Source of the DNA: Acidimicrobiales bacterium | Lineage (GTDB): Bacteria; Actinomycetota; Acidimicrobiia; Acidimicrobiales; SHLQ01 | Assembly (NCBI GenBank): GCA_020628865.1 | Contig: JAHDEJ010000017.1 | Coordinates: 1,534 to 65,533 of the forward strand | Direction of reading: 5' to 3' | DNA length: 64,000 nucleotides | Shown: in pieces, positions 57,380 through 64,000 of the stretch | How the letters are laid out: the number at the start of each line of letters is the position of its first letter | Numbering within the stretch: the stretch's first letter is position 1 | Notes under the pieces: generated by a model | What the model was told of the DNA's origin: nothing | Database searches by the model: none | The model's input: the letters and a program-made list of their open reading frames with translations, nothing else | Program-made: the position numbers and the translations under genes

Positions 57380-57835
57380 TCAGGCCTTGCGCTTCTGCAC
57401 CGGCTGCCAGCCGGCGGGGCGAGTCACTTCAGAGCGCCAGCGCGGGCGACGCGGTGCCGTGAGGTCCACGACCACGGGGTCGCCTTCGAGGCCGGACGTC
57501 GGCGTCGACCCGGCGGCGGTGCGCTGCGGGACGGTCGCCGGCTCGTTGACGGATGGTTCGTCGAGCCGGCTCGGGGCGTCGAGCGATGCGACGATCGACT
57601 GGAGGGACGACTGGATTCCGGCGATCTCGTCGCTCAGGTTCGCCGAGGCCGTGCGGGATGCGTCGACGGCAACGAAGTCGCCCATGGTCGGCGGCTCCAC
57701 CTGCGGGTCGAGCACGTTCTCGACGAACTGCAGACGGGTGTTGAGTTCCTGAATCTGCTGCACGACGGCGAACAGAATTCGATCGTGCTGACGGGTGTAG
57801 CGGCGAGCGTCCGCGTCAACAGGGTTGATCGTCAT
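57380..57835 (-). CDS. hypothetical protein
   Basis: This 151-aa ORF has GC-rich third positions. No family was recognised. It is convergent with UPF0182. Confidence 0.4.
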   Translation of the reverse strand: MTINPVDADARRYTRQHDRILFAVVQQIQELNTRLQFVENVLDPQVEPPTMGDFVAVDASRTASANLSDEIAGIQSSLQSIVASLDAPSRLDEPSVNEPATVPQRTAAGSTPTSGLEGDPVVVDLTAPRRPRWRSEVTRPAGWQPVQKRKA

Positions 57836-57990
57836 GGTGGGGAGGTCTTTCGCATCGTTGCCCGCTTGCGGCCCTCTCCGAGTTGCTCACTGTAGATGAC
57901 GGAGAGTGAGCGTGCGTGCATACCTCGTCACGTATCGGGTGGAGCATGGTGGGGGTGGAGCCGCAGCGACGCGACTGCGATACTGGTCGA

Positions 57991-59178
57991 ATGAGCGACC
58001 TCGAACGCATTGACCAGGCCATCGACGAACTGCTGGCGCAGCACGATCCCAGTTCGATGTCGGGGCAGGAGTTCCGCGGTCATCAGTTCGACGCCAACCT
58101 TGCGGTCATCAACTTTCCCGAGGGCGAGGGTGGGATGGGGCTGTCGCCGAAGCTCCAACAACACATCGAGAAGCGGCTTGCGGCTGCGGGCAAGGAGCCA
58201 GACGATCCGGTCACGTTCTTCCGTCACCTTGCCGGCCCGACCATCGCAACGCACGGCAGCCCCGAGGTGCGGGCCCGCTTCCTGCGGCCGATGTTCACGG
58301 GCGAAGAGAAGTGGTGTCAGCTCTTTTCCGAGCCGGGCGCCGGCTCCGACTTTGCCGGACTTGCGGCGAAGGGTCTTCGTGACGGCGACGAATGGGTCGT
58401 CAACGGGCAGAAGGTGTGGAACACGCTCGCCCATCTTGCGGACTTCGGCATGCTGGTGGTCCGGACCGATCCGTCCCTGCCGAAGCACAAGGGCATGACC
58501 TACTTCGCGATGGACATGCGGGCCGAAGGAGTCGAGGTTCGGCCGTTGCGTCAGATCACCGGCGAGGCCGAGTTCAACGAGGTCTACATGACCGACGTCC
58601 GGATTCCCGATGCCTTCCGAATCGGTGAGGTCGGCGAAGGATGGCGGGCCGCGTTGACGACGTTGATGAACGAACGCGTCTCCATCGGTGGCAACGCTCC
58701 GCGCCGGGGCGGCGGTTCGGTCGGCATGTTGATGGCCGAGTGGGAGAAGCTGCCCGACGAGGAGCGCACGCCACTCGCTCGGGACAAGGTCACGAAGCTG
58801 TGGGCGAAGGCGGAGGCACTCCGGCTCACGAACATCCGCGCATCCCAGAACCGCAAGGTCGGCAACCCGGGTCCGGAGGGTTCGGTGGCCAAGCTGATGT
58901 TCGCCGAGCTGAACAAGGACGTCTACGAACTCTCCGTCGATCTGCTCGGCATGGCGGGCCAGGTCGACTACGACTACACCTTCCGTCGGCCCGAGACCCT
59001 CGACGTTTCGGGTACCTCCACGGGTTCGCGGTACGCGTTCCTGCGGGCGCGGGCCAACAGCATCGAGGGTGGCACGTCGGAGATCATGCGGAACATCCTC
59101 GGCGAGCAGGTGCTGGGCCTTCCCGGCGAGCCCCGCGTCGACAAGGAGATCCCCTGGGTCGAGGTTCCCCGCAGCTAA
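57991..59178 (+). CDS. acyl-CoA dehydrogenase family protein
   Basis: ATG 57991 lies in ORF 57916..59178. Motifs are CQLFSEPGAGSDFAGL, WVVNGQKVWNT and GGTSEIMRNILGE. Confidence 0.9.
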   Translation: MSDLERIDQAIDELLAQHDPSSMSGQEFRGHQFDANLAVINFPEGEGGMGLSPKLQQHIEKRLAAAGKEPDDPVTFFRHLAGPTIATHGSPEVRARFLRPMFTGEEKWCQLFSEPGAGSDFAGLAAKGLRDGDEWVVNGQKVWNTLAHLADFGMLVVRTDPSLPKHKGMTYFAMDMRAEGVEVRPLRQITGEAEFNEVYMTDVRIPDAFRIGEVGEGWRAALTTLMNERVSIGGNAPRRGGGSVGMLMAEWEKLPDEERTPLARDKVTKLWAKAEALRLTNIRASQNRKVGNPGPEGSVAKLMFAELNKDVYELSVDLLGMAGQVDYDYTFRRPETLDVSGTSTGSRYAFLRARANSIEGGTSEIMRNILGEQVLGLPGEPRVDKEIPWVEVPRS

Positions 59179-59210
59179 CTGCGCTGTGCTGCTCAGCTCC
59201 GCTGTGCGGC

Positions 59211-59693
59211 TCAGCTGCGCTGAGCTTGTTCGAAGGTCACCTTGCGGATGATCTCGCTTGCGGTGAACCGGCCGATGGGGCCGGTCGAATAGACGGCCGT
59301 GTTGATCGTGCCGTCGGGTTCCACGAGGAAACCGGTGGCATGCATGATCTCGCGCCCACCAGTCTGTTTGTGCGCTCCCGTGTCGGCCGCGATCTTGTGG
59401 TGGTCGATCTCTGCGTACATCGGGTAACCGACGTGGAGTCCGGCCTTGAGCGCAGCCACCGATTCGATCGAATCGACGGACGCGGCGGCGACCTTCACGC
59501 CGAGATTGATGAGCGGGCCACCATGAACTGCGAAGTCAACCAACTGTTGACGGCAGTACGGTCACCAGTCGCCCCGGTAGAACATGATGACGGCCCAGCT
59601 TCCGGCGACGGAGGCGGTGAGGTCGACCTCGTTGCCGTCGAGATCCTTCGCGAGCAGTGGAGGAAGTGCGTCTCCCGTGACGAGTTGGCTCAT
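59211..59693 (-). CDS. AhpC/TSA-redoxin (thioredoxin-fold) protein with an in-frame TGA at the redox-active position (U-P-Y-C): candidate selenoprotein, alternatively a nonsense pseudogene
   Basis: From ATG 59693 there are 43 sense codons, then TGA (59562..59564), then 116 codons to stop 59211, all in one frame. The joined sequence reads ...WAVIMFYRGDW-[TGA]-PYCRQQL..., which is the family motif FYRGxWCPYC. A SECIS-like hairpin follows. Confidence 0.6.
59527..59557 (-). promoter_or_regulatory. SECIS-like stem-loop immediately 3' of the in-frame UGA
   Basis: The mRNA reads ACUGC-C-GUCAAC-[AGUUG]-GUUGAC-UUC-GCAGU. It has a 6-bp upper stem, a 5-bp lower stem and a 5-nt apical loop containing G. 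Sixteen nt lie between the UGA and the apical loop. Confidence 0.45.
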
Positions 59694-59702
59694 GGAGCGA
59701 AC

Positions 59703-60233
59703 CTATCCGACGATCGTGTAGCCGTCGATCTCGGTGAGCAGCGCGCCCGTTGGCGCCGGCGGGACGTCGAGGCCGTGCGCTTCGTTGCGGACCTCACCGA
59801 TCCACTTGCTGTGCTGGTATTCGTGATTGACGACGGCCACCAGCAGCGTGTGCGCGATGACTCGGAGTTGGGCCGGTGCGCCGACGTCGCCCCCGTCGAT
59901 ACGGCCGATCGTGTGGTGGACACGTTCGCGCACGGCCGACCGGTAGTCGCCGATTCGCCCGACGTTGGGGAGCACGCCACGGTCGACTTCGAGTGTGGCC
60001 GAGTCCATCAGGCCGTCGAGTTCGGGGTCCGGGCTGGGCTCGGCGGCCGTGAGATTGCGCAGCATGAAGTGGGCAACCGCCGCTTGGTGACCGAGGTGCC
60101 AGCCGATGGCACTGGACTCCTCGTGCGGGCGCCAGACCACCTGGTCGGCGCTCAGGTCGGTCCAGAGCGAGTCGGTCCAGCCGATGGCACGGTCGTACTC
60201 GTGGAGCAGTTCGTTCAACGTCGGTGTGGTCAT
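59703..60233 (-). CDS. DinB-family protein
   Basis: The 176-aa product has the four-helix-bundle His pattern (WHLGH...HEYQH). Its stop lies 9 nt before the redoxin ATG. Confidence 0.7.
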   Translation of the reverse strand: MTTPTLNELLHEYDRAIGWTDSLWTDLSADQVVWRPHEESSAIGWHLGHQAAVAHFMLRNLTAAEPSPDPELDGLMDSATLEVDRGVLPNVGRIGDYRSAVRERVHHTIGRIDGGDVGAPAQLRVIAHTLLVAVVNHEYQHSKWIGEVRNEAHGLDVPPAPTGALLTEIDGYTIVG

Positions 60234-61294
60234 GGTTGACTCCGTTGTGGGGATCGGTCGGCGATGACGGTGGCGGCCACACGGGCTGCGCTCGCGAGTG
60301 CGCCGTCGATGTGGCCGGGGTTGACGGGTGCGGTTTCCGTGGACGACCAGTGGAGCCGTCCGTCCATGGCGGGTTCCGCCCAGAGCGGATGGCCGTAGGT
60401 CTGGTAGGCCCGAAGCAGCTCTGCCCCCGGCGGCGCGGTGTGCGATTCCGACCGCCAGTCGGTCAGGTGAAGGGCGCTCGGGTTTGCGGCGTCAGGGCCG
60501 AAGAGTTGGATGAGTTGGTCGACGACGGCCTCGGGTGTGGGCGCCGGCTGGTCCGCCTCCATCAGCGGAACGAACCCGAAGAGGGCGGCCGGGGTGCCGG
60601 CCGGCCCGGACATGTCGTGGATCTCGCGCATGGGTCCGACATGGCTCATGGCGGCTCCGGCGAGGCCGGCGTCGCGCCAGAAGGCGTTGGGGTAGACGGC
60701 GACCACCTTCACGATGGCACCCATCCACACCGGCGTGGATCGGGCGAGGCCGCCGAGTGGCTCGGGGAGGGGAGGGGTGAACTCGATCGCATGCGCGGCG
60801 AGCGCCGGCGGAAGTGCGAGCACCACGTGCTGAGCGGCGTGTTCGGCTTCGGCGGTCTGAACCACGAGGTGATCGTCGGTGCGGTGGACGGCGGTGGCGG
60901 CTTCACCGAGCCGGATCGTCGACGGAGGGAGGCGGTCGGCGAGGCGTTGGGCCAGGTCTTGAGCGCCGGCCGTGAAGCGCCCGGATGGCACGTCGATCGG
61001 GTTGCCGTCGAGGCGCCGAGTTTGTTGGGGATCGTGATACACGGCGTCGCCGGCGAGGTGCTGGGCGTGCACGGGTACGCCGAGTTCGTGGATGAGTTGT
61101 TCGACGTGGCGTTCGCCGGCCCAGAACCAGGTGGCACCCAGGTCGACGGCTCCACGATCGAGCGGCAGGGAGTGCAGTCGTCCGCCCACGCGGTCGCGGG
61201 CCTCGAGCACGACGGTGTTCAACCCGGCGGCGATGGCGAGGTCGGCCGTGCGGAGTCCGGAGATTCCGGCGCCGATCACGAGGAGGTCGAGCAT
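60230..61294 (-). CDS. FAD-dependent amine oxidase (flavin monoamine-oxidase-like)
   Basis: It has the dinucleotide-binding motif LLVIGAGISGL...VLEARDRVGGR and a C-terminal GHIDGALASA pattern. Its stop overlaps the DinB start. Confidence 0.8.
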   Translation of the reverse strand: MLDLLVIGAGISGLRTADLAIAAGLNTVVLEARDRVGGRLHSLPLDRGAVDLGATWFWAGERHVEQLIHELGVPVHAQHLAGDAVYHDPQQTRRLDGNPIDVPSGRFTAGAQDLAQRLADRLPPSTIRLGEAATAVHRTDDHLVVQTAEAEHAAQHVVLALPPALAAHAIEFTPPLPEPLGGLARSTPVWMGAIVKVVAVYPNAFWRDAGLAGAAMSHVGPMREIHDMSGPAGTPAALFGFVPLMEADQPAPTPEAVVDQLIQLFGPDAANPSALHLTDWRSESHTAPPGAELLRAYQTYGHPLWAEPAMDGRLHWSSTETAPVNPGHIDGALASAARVAATVIADRSPQRSQP

Positions 61295-61389
61295 GGCGTC
61301 AGCGTAGCACGAGTCTAGGTATTAGTAGACTCCATGTCGGCGTCTGCCGGACAGGTAGGTTGGAGGCGTTCGACCTCGAAAGGGATGAC

Positions 61390-62280
61390 ATGCAGCTTGA
61401 TGTGTTCGGATTTGCGACCTCGGTGGACGGCCTGGTCGAAGACGTGGCGGCTGCGGCCGCGCAGGGCTTCAGCCGGTTCTGGACGCCACAGATCCGCGAT
61501 CTCGACGCACTGACCGCGTTCGCCGTCGTCGGCCGCGAAGTGCCCGACATTCGGCTCGGCACGAACGTCGTCCCCACGTGGGTGCGGCATCCGACGATGC
61601 TCGCCCAGCAGGCCATCACCGTGAACCAGGCCATCGGTGGCCGACTCGACCTTGGCATCGGCCTCTCGCACAAGCCGGTGGTCGAAGGGTTCTGGGGGAT
61701 CCCGTTCGAGCGACCGGTCCGCCACATGAGCGACTACCTCAAGGTGCTCATGCCGCTGCTCAACGGCGAACCTGCTTCGCATACGGGTGAGATGGTGAGC
61801 GGTCGCATGGAGCTCGGCATCCGCGCCGATCCGGCACCGGTGTTCGTCGCTGCGCTCGGAGAGCAGATGTTGAAGCTGGCCGGTCGCTATGCCGACGGCA
61901 CCACCACCTGGATGACGGGCCCGGTCACCCTCGAGACGCTCACCGGTCCGACGTTGCGGGCAGCAGCCGCCGATGCGGACCGGCCCGAGCCACAGCTGCT
62001 CGCCGCGGTCCCGGTGCTGCTCACGAACGATGTCGAAGCTGCTCGGGCTCGCGCGGCCAAGGACTACGAGATCTACGGCGTGCTGCCGTCGTACCGGACG
62101 ATGCTCGATCGCGAAGGTCTCGACGGCCCGGCCGATCTGGCGATCGTCGGTGATGAGGCTGCGGTCGAGGCCGGCCTGCGCCGATTCGACGCCGCGGGAG
62201 CAACGACCGTCATCGCGAATCCGTTCGGCACCGACGCAGAGGTGGCCCGGACCCGAGAGTTCCTCGCCAGCCTGGCCTGA
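61390..62280 (+). CDS. LLM-class (luciferase-like) F420-dependent oxidoreductase
   Basis: ATG 61390 (MQLDVFGF) lies in ORF 61360..62280. Patterns such as FSRFWTPQ, LGIGLSH and GYADGTTTWM-like are typical of actinobacterial F420-dependent LLM enzymes. Confidence 0.75.
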   Translation: MQLDVFGFATSVDGLVEDVAAAAAQGFSRFWTPQIRDLDALTAFAVVGREVPDIRLGTNVVPTWVRHPTMLAQQAITVNQAIGGRLDLGIGLSHKPVVEGFWGIPFERPVRHMSDYLKVLMPLLNGEPASHTGEMVSGRMELGIRADPAPVFVAALGEQMLKLAGRYADGTTTWMTGPVTLETLTGPTLRAAAADADRPEPQLLAAVPVLLTNDVEAARARAAKDYEIYGVLPSYRTMLDREGLDGPADLAIVGDEAAVEAGLRRFDAAGATTVIANPFGTDAEVARTREFLASLA

Positions 62281-62289
62281 TGTCGACGC

Positions 62290-63555
62290 TCAGCCGGCGC
62301 TCTTCCGGCTGAGCGCATCGACCGAAGCGGCGACGAGAAGGGCAAGGCCGGCGGCGATGGCCTTCACCCCCGAACTGCTGAAGTCGACCTCGACCAGCCA
62401 GAACACGCTGCGCTTGCCGACAAGCGGAAGCCCATTGTCGATCAGCGCAAGGACGAGTCCACCCAAGGCCGCGTTGATCATCCGGCCTTTGCCACCGAAG
62501 AGCGAGGTCCCGCCGATGACGGCGGCACCCACGGCGAGCAGCAGCGTGTCGTTGGCGCCAGTCGTTGCGCTCACCGAGTTGATTTGTGAGGCGAGGAAGT
62601 AGCCGCCGACGCCGGCGAGCAGGCCGCAGGCCGTGAAGGCTGCGAGCTTGATGCGATCGACCCGGATGCCGGCGCGACGGGCTGCTTCGGCGTTTCCACC
62701 GACCGCATACAGGTGTCGTCCGGCGCGGGTGTTGTCGAGAACGAAGGTGATCGATACCAGGAGCAGCAGCACCAGCGGAACGACCACCGGCATGCCCTTG
62801 ATCTCGATGTTCGCCCGAGCCAGCGCACGATTCTCGTTCAACAGCAGTGTGGCAATCACCGCCACTGCGGTAGTGCCGGCGACTTTCATCGCGACGAGCG
62901 ACATCGGCACCGCGCCGTGCGAAGCCCGTTGCGTCCGCACTTCGAACGCTGCGAAGAGCGCAAGCGCGATCACGACGAAGATCCAGGACTGCGTGGGAGA
63001 CAGGCTGGCGCCGACCATGTCGCGGATCAGTTCAGAATCGATGCCGACCGTGCCGCCCTCCTTGACCAGGAGAAGCAGGATCCCCTGGAAGATCAGGAAG
63101 TTGGCGAGCGTGACGACGAACGAGGGAATCCCCACCTTGGCGACCATGAAGCCGGTGAACATGCCGAGTGCGACGGCGACCACGGCGGACAACAGCACCG
63201 CACTCGGCAGGTCCCAGCCGTCCTGAAGGCGGGTGGCCATGACCGCAGCGGCCACGCCCGCAGTGAACCCGGCGGCGAGGTCGATCTCGCCGAGCAGCAG
63301 GGAGAAGCTGACGGCCATTGCAATGACGATGACGGCGCTGGCCTGCTCGAGCAGGTTTGCGAAGTTGCCGACCGACAGGAAGGTCGACGGGTTGGCCAGC
63401 CCGAAGACGGCGACCAGGGTCACGATGGCAAGGAGGGCTGGCACCGGACCCAGGTCACCGCCTCGGAATCGGGCGATGGCGTCGTGGGCGACGTCCGCAA
63501 GAGATCGGGGTGTGGTGTCGAGGCCGAAGTCGGCGACTGCGGTTTCTTCGTGCAT
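62290..63555 (-). CDS. sugar ABC transporter permease (XylH/RbsC-type)
   Basis: The 421-aa product has about 10-12 TM helices, LLGEIDLAAG, and the RAGRHLYAVGGNAEAARRAGI motif of the family. Confidence 0.85.
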   Translation of the reverse strand: MHEETAVADFGLDTTPRSLADVAHDAIARFRGGDLGPVPALLAIVTLVAVFGLANPSTFLSVGNFANLLEQASAVIVIAMAVSFSLLLGEIDLAAGFTAGVAAAVMATRLQDGWDLPSAVLLSAVVAVALGMFTGFMVAKVGIPSFVVTLANFLIFQGILLLLVKEGGTVGIDSELIRDMVGASLSPTQSWIFVVIALALFAAFEVRTQRASHGAVPMSLVAMKVAGTTAVAVIATLLLNENRALARANIEIKGMPVVVPLVLLLLVSITFVLDNTRAGRHLYAVGGNAEAARRAGIRVDRIKLAAFTACGLLAGVGGYFLASQINSVSATTGANDTLLLAVGAAVIGGTSLFGGKGRMINAALGGLVLALIDNGLPLVGKRSVFWLVEVDFSSSGVKAIAAGLALLVAASVDALSRKSAG

Positions 63556-64000
63556 CAGGTGTCGTCTCCGTGCGTGTCTGTCGTCGGATTGCCGGCACGT
63601 TGACCGGAGGTGATGAGGCCGACGAGCTGTTCTTTCGTGGTCGAAGCGGTGACTTCGATGTCTGCCGCCATCCGGCCGAGGTACATCGCACTCACCCGGT
63701 CGGAGACGGACATCACGTCGTTCATGTTGTGGGACACGAGTACGACGCCGAGCCCCTGATCAGCGAGGCGGCGAACGAGTGCCAACACCTGCTCGGTCTG
63801 GGCGACGCCGAGCGCAGCGGTCGGTTCGTCGAGCACGACGATCCGGGAGTTCCACAACACGGCGCGGGCGATGGCCACGGTCTGGCGTTGGCCACCCGAG
63901 AGCGATCGGATCGGCTGACGCACGCTCTTGACCGTACGCACGCCGAGCGTCGCCAGGGTGTCCCGCGCCGCCTGCTCCATGCTCGACTTGTCGAGCAGAC
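63555..64000 (-). CDS. sugar ABC transporter ATP-binding protein, C-terminal part (the 5' end lies outside the window)
   Basis: It has the signature LSGGQRQTVAIARA, Walker B IVVLDEPTA and an H-loop VSHNM. The frame stays open to the window edge. Confidence 0.85.
   Translation of the reverse strand, partial: LLDKSSMEQAARDTLATLGVRTVKSVRQPIRSLSGGQRQTVAIARAVLWNSRIVVLDEPTAALGVAQTEQVLALVRRLADQGLGVVLVSHNMNDVMSVSDRVSAMYLGRMAADIEVTASTTKEQLVGLITSGQRAGNPTTDTHGDDT

Noticed and set aside
59179-59225. An imperfect 18-nt direct repeat (GCTGTGCTGCTCAGCT / GCTGTGCGGCTCAGCT) plus the GCTCAGC-TGC-GCTGAGC palindrome between the convergent ACAD and redoxin genes.
   Set aside because: It is most simply a bidirectional terminator hairpin region, too short and isolated to call a repeat element.
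59562-59564. Treating the TGA simply as the end of a separate 43-aa gene, with a second 110-aa gene starting at TTG 59543.
   Set aside because: Neither piece is a complete fold, while together they form one redoxin domain with the stop exactly at the catalytic Cys column. The real alternatives are Sec recoding or a pseudogene, as discussed in the finding.

Overview
High-GC (roughly 65-70%), densely coding chromosomal window. It looks like Actinomycetota, because the backbone synteny is tsaE-tsaB-rimI-tsaD ... groES-groEL ... guaB3-guaA ... PDZ/Lon protease-UPF0182, and DinB/TIGR03086-type and F420/LLM-type genes are present. A finer lineage cannot be set from sequence alone. I support about 55 protein-coding genes, many joined by 4-nt ATGA/GTGA start-stop overlaps. 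I found no rRNA, tRNA, CRISPR array, transposase or integrase. All family calls come from reading motifs in the translated ORFs, since no searches could be run. Start codons were refined by hand from the ORF track and may be off by one alternative start. Accessory-looking content sits between the backbone blocks. (1) A translationally coupled operon encodes a multi-receiver protein with a degenerate GGDEF domain that keeps its RxxD I-site, a HEAT-repeat membrane protein and a processive GT2 synthase. It is inserted between tsaD and groES. (2) Two GGDEF-EAL proteins are present. (3) A 10-gene co-directional glycan cluster (20150-32501) runs from a GT-C-like membrane protein to a sulfotransferase, with a two-component system just upstream. 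It contains a WbpB/WbpE/WbpD-like 3-acetamido-sugar module and an AsnB-like amidotransferase, but no obvious Wzy/Wzz. (4) A membrane-anchored protein with a roughly 310-residue threonine-dominated, mucin-like tail lies directly upstream of a Ser/Thr kinase whose ectodomain has seven propeller-like repeats. (5) The strongest single observation is an AhpC/TSA-redoxin gene whose catalytic Cys codon is an in-frame TGA (U-P-Y-C) followed by a SECIS-like hairpin. This is a candidate selenoprotein that ORF callers truncate. Smaller items are two CIRCE operators before groES, a heavily structured groEL 3' region, a truncated Tat-signal PhoX remnant, an unlisted 43-codon hydrophobic ORF and several palindromic operator candidates.
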